Source: Narcine bancroftii
Taxonomy: Eukaryota
DNA length: 64,000 nt
Direction of reading: 5' to 3'
Assembly: GCF_036971445.1 (NCBI RefSeq)
Contig: NC_091473.1
Location: 204,414,001-204,478,000 of the forward strand
This document shows, piece by piece, positions 1-12,472 of the stretch (position 1 is the first letter of the stretch; each line of letters starts with the position of its first letter). The notes beneath the pieces are model-generated. The model worked only from the letters and a program-made list of their open reading frames with translations, did no database searches and was not told where the DNA came from. The translations under genes and the position numbers were made by a program.

Positions 1-1567
1 AGACATTTCCCTACAATTGGCAGAGGCAAATGAAAATATTCTAATGGGGGGGGGGTGACTCTGTCTGGATCCGGTGCTGGATAAGTCCACAAAACTAATA
101 ACTAAGACCAGGGTGGCAAAAGCCACCATTGACTGCATGAAAGAGCTGAATTTGATAGATGTGTGCTGGAAAAAGCACTCAAAGCAACATGACTCCTACT
201 CTAGAATAGACTATAGACTATTTTTTGGCTTCAGCCCATATAGAGGATAGGATCATGGAAGCCGAGTGTGGGGTAAGGCTTTTCTTGGACCATTCCCGCC
301 CTGGATTTGACTATAGAAATGCCAGATAAACAGGACACAGCATACAGGTGGCATCTTAACACTGTTGTTAAAAAAAGCTGGAGTTTTATAGTTTCATAAA
401 GAGCCAAAATAGCCTTGTTTTGTGAGGCCAACTGCCCCTCTACTCCAGGTAAATTCCTTCTGTTGGACATCCCTAAGGCATACTTGAGGGGCCAGATAAT
501 TGAGTACACAAAGATGGTCAAGAAAAATTATATGAGGGAGGTGGAGGAATTAGTGAAGGACGTTACCCAATTAGAGAAGGATTTTCAGAAATCAGGCTCA
601 GAGAACCACTATCGAGCTCTTACAAACAATAAATTGGAAAATAATACACTTCAAACATTTAGTATGGAGATGGCCCTTACAAAGTCGATGGAAAATTATT
701 GAGTTGGGGGAAATAACTCACAAGGTCCTCACCTGACAGTAAAGGGTAGACAAGCCTCTAAAACAATCAAGGCAATACAAACAGAGAATAGCCAGATCTC
801 ATATAAACCAAAGGAAATTAATGAGACCTTAAGAGAATTTTATGAAGGATTGAACAAATCTGAATTGACTGCAGATTCTAATTGAATGGATGAGTTTCTG
901 GCCAGATTAAATCTCCCACACTTAAACTTGGAGGAGCAGGAGAAATTAGACCTTACAGAGGAAGAGCTGGGGAAAGCATTGAGTGTGCTACAAGCTGGCA
1001 AGTCTCCAGGGGAGGACAGATTCCCACCTGAGTTCTATTGTGAATTTAAGGATTTACTAATGCTTCTGTATGTAGAGGTAATAAACCAGGCAAAGGAAAC
1101 ACGGACCCTCCTGGAATCTTTCACAATGGTGATTGTCACAACGATCTTAAAGAAGGGTAAAGATGAACTTTTACCTCCTTATAGACCAATTTCCCAGGTG
1201 AATACTGATTATAAGATACTTGCCAAGGTCCTGGAAACAGGTTGGCATTGTATTTACCAAAATTCATAAATAAAGACGACAGGCTTTGTGCAGGAGAGCC
1301 AAGCAGTGGACAACATTGGCAGACTGTTGAGTGTAATGCATCTGGCACAAATCAGAAATGAGAGGAGATTGGCTGTTTCCCTGGATGCAAAGAAGGGTTT
1401 TGATAGACTGGAGTGGGAATTTTCATTTAAAGTGTTGAAGAAGGTGGGGTTAGGGCCAACTTTTTGAAATTGGATTAAGCACCCAAGGCAAAGGTTGTGA
1501 CCAATGGACAAATCTCTTCAACTTTCCTACTTACCAAATCTAGTAGACAAAGATGCCCATTGTCACT
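1..1567 (+). mobile_element. Decayed L1/Tx1-clade LINE ORF2 fragment (end of APE endonuclease to RT)
   Basis: ORF pieces 415-702 and 886-1269 (KAYLRGQII, GKSPGEDRFPPEFY, YRPISQVNTDYKILAK) resemble the intact L1 ORF2 at 51847-54876; many stops and frameshifts. Confidence 0.9.
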
Positions 1568-1593
1568 GGCAACAAACTCCACAGGTTTACCAT

Positions 1594-2609
1594 TGTGACA
1601 GATTATGTTGTGTTTGTATTGTGTATGTTTTGGGGAGATAAATTGGGGTTGGATTTTTAGTGTAGGCCACATACAAACACTTCAAAACAGATCTCATTTA
1701 AAATACTGGAGCTCTACTCAAGCCAGACAGGGTGGCTCCTGGGGCCCTTTGCAAAAGCTTTGGGGAGTGAAGGAGATCAGAGGAGTAGTTCGGAGCCACA
1801 GGCTGCCTGGAATGCAGCTTGCTGTTCTAAGAGGGTCATGTGGTTTTTGCAAGCAGAGAGTGTCAAACAGGCTTTTCTCAGAGAGAGAGTTTAACAGGTT
1901 TTTTTCTGTGAGAGGTAATTCAGTTCTGCAGTTTTGCAGTCAGCAGCAGCAGCTGGGACTGGAACAGGACAAGCTGGCAAGCTTGTGGAAAACCCCATTT
2001 GGAAGATGGGTTGTGAGTGCTTAGTTCAGCCTGGTCAAAGACCTTGTGGTTCATGCAAGAGGAGAGGACTGGCTGCCTAATATTTCACTTGAAATAGAGA
2101 AACAAAAATAAACTTTGTGGTGACCTGAAAGAAAGAGGTTATCATCTGGAGAATCCTGATGGGGTAAGTTTCTTTAGCAAGACACTGAAGTGGCTGATTT
2201 TTAAAAAGAAATCAGTTGTGGATATCCAGAGAAAACAACAAATCTCTCTCTGAAAACCAACAAGAACCTTCCTGAGCGGTAACCATTTACTTTTCAAACA
2301 CCAAAGCCTGGTTAAATGTTAAATTCTGTGCACTGTATAAGAACTACCTGCAACCAGTAAATTTGGAGGAATGAGTAGTGAGATTGGACTGTATATCAAA
2401 GAACTTTTCTGAACTTACACACACATTACATACATGTGCACTTAGAATTAGAAGGGGGTTAAGTTAGGTTAGTTAAGTTAATAGTGATAAGTTAAAATGT
2501 GATTCTGTTTTCATGTTTGAAGATAATTAAAAGCAACTTTTGTTTAAGTAACCATTTGGCTTGGTGAATATCTATTGCTGCTGGTTTATGGGTCCTCTGG
2601 GCTTGTAAC
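1594..2609 (+). mobile_element. Probable solo LTR (~1 kb) inserted into a CR1 fragment
   Basis: Starts TGTGACA and ends TGTAAC. The flanks rejoin as ccacaggtttacca|cctctggcaaaagaaatttctc, matching the CR1 sequence at ~13393-13430. No clean TSD. Confidence 0.55.
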
Positions 2610-2729
2610 CCTCTGGCAAAAGAAATTTCTCTGCGCTTCTGTTCCAAGTGGACTCAGTTCAGTCTTGAAGTTGTACCCTGTTGTGTTGGCCCCCTACCCC
2701 TCCATTCCCACTCCCCCCTCAACCCTCAA

Positions 2730-3550
2730 TCTAAGTTGTCTGAGGTTACAGAGGGACATTGATAGGATGCAGAGCTGGGCTGAGCAGCGGATGGAATTTA
2801 ACTCAGAAAGGTGCGAGGTGGTTCATTCTGGTCAGACAAATTTAAAGGCAGAAAACAATGTCAATGGGAGAACAACGAGCAGTGTGGATGGACCGAGAAA
2901 CCTTGGGGTCTGTGTTCATAATTTTAACAATGTTGTTACGAAGGTATCATGGTGCGTTGGCCTTTGTTCACCATGGGATCAAGTTCAAGAGCTGTGAGGT
3001 AATGTTACAGCTGTATTAGACCTTAGTTAGATCCCACTGGGAATGTTGTGTTCAGTTCTGGCCACCTCACCCCAGGAAGGATGTGGATGGTACAGAGATT
3101 CACACAGATGTTGCCTGGACTGAGGAGGGTATCTTGTGAGGGGATGTTGAGTGAACTTGGTCTTTTGGAGTGACCTGATGGAGGTGAACAAGATGATGAG
3201 AGGCATTGATCGTGTGGATGGATGGGGGTTCTCCCCCCCCCCCCCCCCACCCAGGGCTGAAAGGGCTGACATGAGGGGGCAGAGTTTTAAGGTGTTTGGG
3301 AGTAAGTACAGGGGGGGGGGGGTCTGGTGTTAGAGGTAAGTGCTTCACACAGAGAGTGGTGGATTCATGGAGCAGTGGTGGGGGCAGGTACAATGGGGTA
3401 TTTCAAGAGATGATTAGATAGATGCATGGAACAGAGAGAAATGGAGGGTTGTGCAGTCATGAAATTCTCTGCAGTGATTAGAGTATGTAATTAGGTTAGC
3501 ACAGCAATGCAGGCTGAATGGCCTGTACTGTACTGTGGGTTTCTTCATTC
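2730..3550 (+). mobile_element. CR1 LINE 3' fragment, decayed
   Basis: LQRDIDRMQSWAEQRMEFNSERCEVVH and DLMEVNKMMRGIDRVD are typical CR1 RT C-terminal motifs. Confidence 0.85.
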
Positions 3551-3779
3551 TATCCAAGGAAACTGTTGGGCCTGCCTCCACAATTTTGTGTGGTAGCTAA
3601 ATCCATGACCCCTTCAACCTCTGAGTTTAAAAACCATCTCTTCTAAATCACCCTCCCACCCTGACGAGCCCTTTCTTGTCTGTGGTTCTCCCATTCCAGG
3701 AAACAGACAGTTGACATTGCCCCTCATTGTTTAAATTGTTCATGATAAGATCCCCTCTCAACCTCCTGTTCGTTTAGGG

Positions 3780-4503
3780 CACACATGTCAAACTCAGACC
3801 TGCGGGCCAAATTTGGCCCGTGATATAATTATATTTGGCCCGCAAGATCATATCAAATATGTATCAGAGCTGGCCCACTGGCCGCCGCGCCAGTATAGCG
3901 CATGCACAGCTAATACTACAAATCCCAGAATGCTTTGCAAATGCATTGGCGTCAGCCCGCTAATCGTCCCCACCTCCTCTCTTTACTTTACGCCCAACTC
4001 ACGTGTAATAAACCCCTTACGAAAAATGGCCAAACAAAAGACACAAAACAGGACCTTTCAAGACAGGTGGGAGGCAAACTCTGACCCCAGAGTTTGATGA
4101 ACTTGCATCTAAGAAGAGATGCCAAGTATCTGGTTTAGACCCAGGTGCATCAGAGTAAATCACAATGTGGCAAGCTAAGCTTGGATTAATATTTTCTTTG
4201 GTTAACTTTGGACTGTTCATAGTTGAAAGATTGGATTTTCATTGAAGCAAGTTGTTATTTTTTTGACTTGTTGGCTTGTGAAAAAAATACATTTAAAAGG
4301 AGCTTAAAGGCTATAGAGAAATATTATTTATTGAATATTTTATTTCTCATTTGTTATTGCTTCTTCTGGAAAGAGTTTAACCAAAACTACTATTAAACAT
4401 TTACTTTAATAAGAAAAAGTTTAACATTACATATGTTGAAAGAAGAGAAAACATGCAGATGTTGTTGAAAATTTTCAATAAATATTTAGTTTGGCCCACG
4501 ACT
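3780..4503 (+). mobile_element. Internally deleted hAT (Charlie/SPIN-like) DNA transposon
   Basis: 5' end cacacatgtcaaactc...cctgcgggccaaatttggcccg. The transposase N-terminus MAKQKTQNRTFQDRWE (ATG 4026) abuts the C-terminus LTPEFDELASKKRCQVSG near 4080. Confidence 0.7.
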
Positions 4504-4625
4504 TAAGTTGTATTCCAAATGATTGAGCCCTATCACATTTGGTTAAGCACCATAATGTCTGGGACATTTGGCTTCACTGGGGGTTGGGAATACTCGGTTA
4601 TGTTTAATTGGTTACAAGAGAGCTT

Positions 4626-4815
4626 GAATGGCCAAGTTGGTCACCTGATCCAAATCCAACTGAGCATGTTTTCCATGTACTGAAGAAAAAATGTAAGGGG
4701 ACGAGCCTCTAAAACAAGCAGGGGCTGCAGAGAAGGGGCTCAGCACCTGATGATGTCTCTGAATCACAGACTTGGAGCAGTCATTGCAGGCAAGGGATAT
4801 GCCACAAAGTACTGA
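4626..4815 (+). mobile_element. Tc1/mariner transposase C-terminal fragment
   Basis: EWPSWSPDPNPTEH resembles WPSQSPDLNPIE; ends RLGAVIAGKGYATKY*. Confidence 0.8.
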
Positions 4816-4899
4816 ACGTGACTAATATACATACTGTGGCCACTGGAGTCACAGAGGACACTACGGAATAACCACACAAGGCGGTTTTAGAGCACAGTG

Positions 4900-7040
4900 G
4901 CATTAGGCAGCAAACCTTTCATCTTCAAGAAGGCATGGTTTCCCTCTTCAGTCCAGTGGATAGTTCTGGCATTTTCAGATGGGAAATTGAAGAGGCTTCA
5001 TGATATGAGCTGCTCCTGGAAGAAAACGACAGTAAAAATTCGCCATTCCCAAGAATTCCTGCAGGCTTTTAACCGCAGCAGGTCTTGAGTATTTGGTAAT
5101 GGCCTCAGCTTTGGATGGCAGCAGGGTCCCGTCCTCCTGAACAATCGTGTGCCCCAAGAAATCAATAATGTCCAAAAACACATTTATCTGGATTGATGGT
5201 CGGTCCAAAGTTTTGAAGACTAATAAAAAGTGTATCAAGATGTTCCAAATGTTCTTCCTTAGTCCCACTGGCCACTAAAATGTCATCGAGGTAAATGAAA
5301 ACATTGGTCATACCACATCCTATAGCATCCATCACCCGTTGAAATGATTGAGGGGCATTCTTTAATCCCAATGGCATTCATAAAAATTCAAACAACCCAA
5401 AGGGGGTAATTATTGCTGTTTTTGGAATGTCTTCTGGCTCTACTGGTACTTGGTGATAGCTACGCACCAAGTCTATTTTGGAGAAGATCTTCACTCCATG
5501 CAGATTAGCGTAGAAATCCTGAATATGAGGTATTGGATAACGATCCAGGATGGTGGCATCGTTAACCCACCTGTAATCTCCATGTGGTTGCCACCCTCCA
5601 TTGTGTTTCGGGACCATATGTAGTGGAGATGCCCGGGATTGTCGAATTATGCCCAGTTCCTCCATCTTGGCAAACTTTTCCTTGGCTAAACGCAGCTTCT
5701 CTGGAGGTAAGTGGCATGATTTAGCATGGATAGGAATTCGATGAGTAATACTGAGCTTTGCAGTGGAGCCACAAAATTGTAGAATAGTAATCTCAGGGAA
5801 ATCTTCCATCAGCTTGGAGAATTCATCTACTGGTTTACTTAATGTTTGGAGGTGCAGAGCAGGGGGAGAGGCGTCTGCCAGAGGAATGGTCTGAAAAGTA
5901 GTTCCATCTATTAGCTGATGCCCTTTTAAGTTGATGAGGAATGAATGAGCCCGAAGAAAATCTGCACCAAGCAAAGGAGAGGATACTCCTGCTATAATGA
6001 ATGGCCAAGTGTAGAGATGATTCTCAAACTTGACATTCATCTTCCTGGTGCCAAAGGTCAGAATGTTGGACTGTTAACTGCTTGTAGTTGCAGGTCTGGG
6101 ATAGGATGGTGTGTGTCAGAACCAGTAGGTGGAAATACACTAACTTCTGAACCTGTGTCCACCAGAAATTTTCACTGGTCCCATACATACAGTAGGCTTG
6201 CAGATTTCTTGCCAACTGCCTCAGCCTTTACTGGTGGTTGGCCTGGGCATTTCCCACAAACGGGCAGGGTGGAAGGCACTTGCGGACATTTACTCCCCAA
6301 TGCCTGTGGTAATAACTCCAAGATGAGGTGTCCACAGGCTGCTTGCTTGAATTGGGGTGTTGCCTGCTTGTAGGGAGTGATGTGCTAAGAGCACTAGAGT
6401 GTGACACGGGGTCAATATTGGAGGGGTTGGTTGTGCAGATTTGTCTTTCCTTGCTGTGCTTTTTAGCCAGCCATAGAATGTCTGCTTCCACCGTTACAGC
6501 CCTTTGGTCTTCAAATGAACACTTGGATAACAAGAAGCTAATCTCATCTGGCATTTGCTCTAAAAGAGCTGCTTGAATAACATATTGGGCCTTTCGCCAA
6601 CTGCCAGGAACAGCATTTCACCTATTAGTTCTGAAGGGGCGCGATCTCCCAACCCATCGGGATGTCGCAGCTTGGCTCCCCTTTCCCTACAGGACATACC
6701 ATATACATGTAATAAAAGTGGTTTTAAAGCATCATATTTACTGGTATGTGGTGGATCCCGTAGGAAGTCACCAATCCCTTTAGTGATGGCCTGGTCCAGG
6801 GCACTGATAAGATGGTGATAACGAGTGATGTCCAACTCGACTTTGTGAAGGTGAAATTGAGCTTCAGCCTGTTGGAACCACAGTTCAGCCTCAGCTGTCC
6901 AGAAAGGCAGCAGGTTCACAGCGATGGCTGCAGAGTCCACATTTGTCCCAAAATACATTTTTGGACTTGTCGGGGTGGCTACTGGAATCGCAGTGGACAC
7001 AACGAAATAACCACATGAGGCCAAATCAAATGTATTCACT
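4900..7040 (-). mobile_element. Ty3/Gypsy LTR retrotransposon internal region (gag-protease-RT), decayed and truncated
   Basis: Gag LLPFWTAEAELWFQQAEAQF (6560-7039), protease FLVDTGSEVS (~6170), [31 protein letters not shown] and YLDD; stops and frameshifts; no RNase H/integrase seen. Confidence 0.9.
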
Positions 7041-7549
7041 CTTCATCACCTGCACAACCTTTTAAGAGCCTGAATCCCGTATTGAAGTCACACGGCTAGT
7101 TTGATGTCCCTTAAAGCCCCTTAATGCCTCCTGCAAACATTATGATGGGACTGTCAAAATATACTGTAATTTCCACATGGTCAAATTTCCAAAATGTCTA
7201 CAAATGCACTTTAATCACGTGTGGATTGCTTGATTATAAATTTAAAACCATGGAGCACAGGAGCAAAAGTGCCTTTGCCCCAAACATTATGGAGGGCACT
7301 GTAGCTTGGTGGCCAAAACAGACACACAGTATTCCAGACATGGCCTTGTGGGACTTCGAAAGGACATCCCAGTTCATTGCCGCAACCAACAATGGCGAGC
7401 ATCCAAAAGTGCTCCGCTACTCTACCTGTGCTGTGGACCATAAAGAGTGACGTACTTGCGCCCTGGGCCCCTCTGCTCCTTCCCTGCCATTGACAGGGTA
7501 AATCCTGTCCTGGTTTGATTGGCTCCAATCAGGTTGGGGCAGTAGGTAG

Positions 7550-7772
7550 CCCAACGGCCTTACAACACCACCCATGGGGTTCAAATCCTGTGCTGTGTGT
7601 CAGGAGTTTGAACCCTCTCCCTGTGTCCGTGTGGGTTTCCCCGGGGGCTCCGGTTTCCTCCCACCCTTGAAAATGTACCGGGGGTTGTAGGTTGATTGGG
7701 TGTAATTGAGGTTAATGGCTGATGGGCCGAAATGGCTTGTTACTGTGTCTGCATTTAAAGTTAAATGTTTGG
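7550..7772 (+). mobile_element. tRNA-derived SINE (V-SINE/HE1-like); related copies at ~16090-16270 (+), 23080-23200 (-), 32540-32770 (-), 40400-40610 (-)
   Basis: B-box-like ggggttcaaatcc, then the shared core gtgggtttccccgggggctccggtttcctccca repeated at the listed sites. Confidence 0.65.
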
Positions 7773-9016
7773 GAGCTGGGCTCCTGGTTAGGTGTGAGCA
7801 AAAGCAGGCAGGCATCTGAATGTAAAGATGGAGGGGGGAGGAGATTGTGCCCAGGGCAATGGGGGTCCTTCATACCATCGGCTGCCTTCTTGAGGCAGTG
7901 TCTCACATCTTCGAGACACAGGAGGTCAGGACCCACATCATCCTAGGGCCACTTTAGAAACCTATGACACCCCAGCAGAGAACTAGGCCCTTCGGCCCAT
8001 CTAGAACTATATTTCCTACCTGGTCCCATTGACGTGCACCTGGATCATAGCCCTCTACACCCACGTAGTTATCCAAGTATTTCCGAACTGGCAGAATGGA
8101 TTCACCACCTGAGCTGGCAGCTCGTTCCACACTCCCACCGCTCTCTGTGTGAAGAAGTTCCCCTTTAAGCATCGCACTCTTAACCCGTGTCCTCTCGCCC
8201 TCGTCTCAGCGGTAAAGGTCTGCTTGCATTAATCCATCTACAATATCACCCTAATAATTTTAAATTTCTGCAGCCTTCTGCAATCCTGGGCACTTGAATT
8301 TCCAAAACAGGCTGTCGGGGTACCTTCCACAGTACATTTGACGATGGGTCAAATCTCCCCAGATCCCAAAGTGGAGGTGACTGATTGAAACAAGAAAGTC
8401 TGTAGATACTGTGATTGCTTGAGAAAGTCAGCAGGCCACGCATTGTCGATAGGAAGCAAAGGTATATATATCCAACCATTCTGGCTGAGCCCTTCATCAA
8501 GATGAGAGCAGAAATCAGGCAGGCACCTCAATAAAAAGGTGGGGGGAGGGGGAGAGGGGGAAAAGGACAGGAGTCCAGGTCAACAGGAGGATAGGGTAGG
8601 AGGGCAGAAGGGGGGGAACTGAGAAATAATAGGGGGAGGGAGCAGCTCTCTGAATGGAGAGGGAAGGGGGTGGAGAACTGAAGGAAAGGGAGATGGGACA
8701 GGGAAAGGAGGGGCCTGACAGACACTGGAGAAATTAATGTTCATGCCATTTGGTTGGGAAGGCCTGGGCCCTTCACAGTTGCCCCTGTGCTGCCTCAAAG
8801 AGGACCCTTCTACAGCCATCCCTCCAATGAAGATCAGGTGGGTCTCAAAAATGGATGGTACAATGGGAAGATTGTGCAGTGCAGCACCAAACCTGGCCCT
8901 TCAGCCCATTTTGACCACGTTGACCTTCCACACTGACAGCCTGTGGCCCACTACTCTCTAAAGAAAAGCACTCATGCCTTGCAGATTCACTTTGTTGTGT
9001 GGAATAATGGTCAGTG

Positions 9017-9285
9017 TATGGCGGCACACTTCTTCATGGCGAACTGGCCCAGCTTGTATCGCCATGTGGCAGGGCAGCCATGGGGAAATGGCATCATCAG
9101 AGGTTTCTCTCTGACTCCAGCATCCCTTCCAGCGCACACCCTGGGCAGCGATTATGATGTCACAATGCACCAGGTGACTGAGCTTATGCTGCCCTTAAAG
9201 GAGGGTGCTGAATTTGAATAAAAACTGTTGTTAACGACCATCGGTGTGGTAGCAGTGATTTCCTTTAGCTCCTGCAAGCACCACA
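9017..9285 (+). mobile_element. Solo LTR, 269 bp, with 4-bp TSD AGTG
   Basis: AGTG at 9013-9016 and 9286-9289; termini tatgg...ccaca (decayed TG...CA); internal cttaaag and AATAAA. Confidence 0.75.
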
Positions 9286-9389
9286 AGTGTTTAATTGAGT
9301 ACCCTTCCCCACTCTCCATCCCTAATGATAGAGTGGATCACTTGCCTGAGCAAGGTCCATTAATGATTAGGACAAACTCAATAATCCTT

Positions 9390-9799
9390 TACCAAGATGG
9401 CCGGCCCTCAATTCCACATTGTCCATACCAAGATGGCCAGCTCCCATTTCCACATTGTCCATACCAAGATGGCCGGCCCTCAATTCCACATTGTCCATAC
9501 CAAGATGGCCAGCTCCCATTTCCACATTGTCCATACCAAGATGGCCAGCTCCCATTTCCACATTGTCCATACCAAGATGGCCGGCCCTCAATTCCACATT
9601 GTCCATACCAAGATGGCCAGCTCCCATTTCCACATTGTCCATACCAAGATGGCCGGCCCTCAATTCCACATTGTCCATACCAAGATGGCCAGCTCCCATT
9701 TCCACATTGTCCATACCAAGATGGCCAGCTCCCATTTCCACATTGTCCATACCAAGATGGCCGGCCCTCAATTCCACATTGTCCATACCAAGATGGCCA
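9390..9799 (+). repeat. 36-bp minisatellite, 11 full units plus a partial one, two variants in order ABABB-ABABB-A
   Basis: Unit ccaagatggcc[ggccctcaa|agctcccat]ttccacattgtccata; exact 180-bp higher-order periodicity (lines 9421, 9601 and 9781 start identically). Confidence 0.97.
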
Positions 9800-9839
9800 A
9801 CAGAAGCTAGGACGCATGCTCTTCATATTCCCTTGATGA

Positions 9840-10240
9840 TGATGGCCGACCCCACAAGTTTAATGTCGCCACAAACTACCCATTATTAAGATGGGCGCGC
9901 GGTTATTGCGCAGGCGCATGACGGGGTCCTTTGCTCTGACCCGAGTCGTTCATTGTCCTATGGCTGCTGCGTGACCTGGGAGCTTCTCCAGCACGTCGTG
10001 CAGCATCTGTGTGGGGTGGGGGAGGCTTTTGTTTGTATACATCCTTTACAAATATGGCTACCGCCCCTCGCCGCGGACAGGGTGGGAGGATCGCGCCTCC
10101 TATACCAAGATGGCCGACGACAAGCTGCGAGAGATCAATGTAAGCGGAGGGAAGGAAAAGGGGGACGGATCGATTTCTGGCGGCGGACACGAGGCAGGTT
10201 GGACCGCTTCCGGCGTGCGAGACCAGTCGCTGGAAGAGCA
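9840..10240 (+). promoter_or_regulatory. CpG-rich NOP9 promoter/5' region with NRF1-like and YY1-like motifs
   Basis: CpG-dense stretch; TGCGCAGGCGCA at 9907-9918 (NRF1-like); AAGATGG motifs at ~9888 and ~10107; housekeeping-type architecture upstream of exon 1. Confidence 0.65.
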
Positions 10241-10603
10241 TGGCGCGGGCAAGGGAAAAGGAACGGGGAAGGGAAAAGGAAAGTGGAAGGGGAAAAGGAA
10301 GGGGAATGGGAAAGAGAAAGGAACGGGGAATGGGAAAGGGAAAGGTACGGAAAATGGGAAAGGGAAAGGTACGGAAAATGGGAAAGGGAAAGGTACGGAA
10401 AATGGGAAAGGGAAAGGAACGGGCGATGGGAAGAGAACGGGCGGCGGGAAGGGAACGGGAGGGAAGGGAACGGGCGGGGGGAAGGCCAATGGGAGGGGGA
10501 AAGGCAAAGGAGTCCGAGCCCCAGCTGGATAGCGCGACCCTCAGCTACTGTTCCGAGCTCGACAAGGCCCTGAAGCAACAATTCGATACTGAAGAAGAAA
10601 AGT
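10240..10603 (+). CDS. NOP9: NOP9 (nucleolar PUF-repeat protein) coding exon 1; start codon uncertain (10240 or 10110)
   Basis: Basic low-complexity N-terminus, then PQLDSATLSYCSELDKALKQQFDTEEEK; donor T|GTGAGT, phase 1. Confidence 0.8.
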
Positions 10604-10789
10604 GTGAGTATGAGTTGGTCACTGCGCCAGCCCAGTGTGTGGGAAGGGTGGGTGAAAGTTGGCCTCGGTATCTCTGGTGTGAGGGGAGGAGGAGGGTTTA
10701 GAGTTGGCCTTGGTGCTCCCCCTGCTCCCTACCCCACAGACTGAGGCAATGGGGTTGCTCCTGCTCCCTCAGTACCAACTAGATGAGCT

Positions 10790-11832
10790 CATCGACTCCA
10801 GCTACCATTATTCCTTCAGAGTTGGTCAAGAAGCTACAAATTCTGGGCCTCTGTGCCTGCCTCTGCAACTGGATCCTTGACTTCCTCATCAGAAGTCCAC
10901 AGTCCGTAGGAATTGGGAACAACGTCTCCTCACTGATTATCAACACAGGGACACCCCAGCGATGTGGGCTTAGCCCACTGCTCTACATGTTATACACCAG
11001 ACACAATCCCAATGCCATCTACGTTTGCAGATTACACCACAGTTGGCAGAATCACAAACGGCAATGAGGAAACATACAGGAAGGAGATGGATAGATAGAT
11101 AAGGTCGTTGAATGGTGTAATAACTACAACCTTGCGCTCAATGTCAGCAAAATCAAACAGATGATTGTAGACTTCAAGAAGAAGTCAGGGAAACACGACC
11201 CAGACCTCATTGAGGGCTCAGTGGAGAGGGTCTTCAAATTCCTGGATATCAACATCTCCGAGGATCTGTGCTGGAGCCTCCACGTTGATGTAATCACAAA
11301 GAAGGCTCACCAGCAGCTATACTTTGTGAGGTGTTTGAGGAGGTTCAGTACGTCACCAAAGACTCGTAAACCTCTACAGTTGTAGCAGGGAGAGCATTCT
11401 ACTGGTTGCATCACTGCCTGGTATGGAGGCGCCAACTCTCAGGACAAGAATAAACTTCAGAATAAACTCAGCCTGCAGCATCACAGGCACCAGACTTCAC
11501 TCCATCGAGGAAATCTACACGAGGCAGTGTCTTAAAAAAGCAGCCTCTATCCTCAAAGACCCCCACCACCCAGGCCGTGCCCTCTTCACTCTGCAACCAT
11601 CGGGGAAAAGGTCCTGGAGCCTAAAGATGAGCACTCAGCGGCACAAGGACAGCTTCTTGTGCCATCAGATTCCCGAATAATCAATGAACCAAAGACCCTG
11701 CCACACTTTTAGTGCACTATTATTTTTATTTATAGTAATGTAGTAAGATGTTTATAATATGAATGTTTGCACTAAGATGCTGCTGCAAAAACAGAATTTC
11801 ACGACTTATTCATGACAATAAATTCTGATTTT
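10790..11832 (+). mobile_element. Rex1/Babar-type LINE, 5'-truncated, in NOP9 intron 1
   Basis: LCNWILDFL and GTPQRCGLSPLLY; 3' end aataaattctgatt; same family as 26880-28215. Confidence 0.8.
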
Positions 11833-12472
11833 GAAGGGCTTCTTGTCTATCCAGTGACCCCCTCCCCTGCGGTGTGCTGGGTGCAGAGGGCCACGGGAGT
11901 AAAAGATGGAGTGGCTTTGAAGGTTTACCAGGTTAATTCCAGAGATGAGGGGGGGTTACCTCATGAGGGGAGACTGAGTCGCCTGGGATGACCCTTGGTG
12001 GAATTCAAAAAGGATGAGAGGGGATCAAAGCATGAAATTAAGAAAAGGTTGGATGAGATAGAAGCAGGGAGGGTTTTTTTTTCACTGGAAGGTGAGACTA
12101 GAACCAGGGAATGGAGCATCAAGATTTAGGGCGAGTGGATTTTAGGGTGGAGATGAGGAGGAATGCTTTTCCCAGAGGCCAGTGAATCCGTGGAGTTCCC
12201 CACCCAAGGAAGCTGTCGAGGCTGCCTCATTGAATGTGTTTAAGATGCAGATGGATAGGTTTTTGGACGGTTGGGGGTGGGTCCTGAGGGAGCTGGGACC
12301 ATGGCCAGATCAGCTGCTATATCGTTGAATGTTGGAGCAGGCTTGACAGATCAGATAGGACAACTCCTGCTGCTCCACTCCTCCATCCTTGTTATTGTGG
12401 GGCAGGTGTTGGGGGAGACTGTTGCCTACTTTTGACCATCTCGCCTCTTTCCTGTTCTCCCCATCACCACAG

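Noticed and set aside
7040-7550. Possible 5' LTR of the Gypsy element
   Set aside because: No matching second LTR, primer-binding site or TSD could be identified
9390-9799. CRISPR-like appearance (constant 27-nt block with a variable 9-nt insert)
   Set aside because: Only two alternating short variants, no unique spacers, no cas genes, vertebrate context; it is a minisatellite
9228-9889. Repeat-protein ORFs (YQDGRPSIPHCP etc.) in five frames
   Set aside because: Open only because the 36-bp unit lacks stops; no domain or splice support
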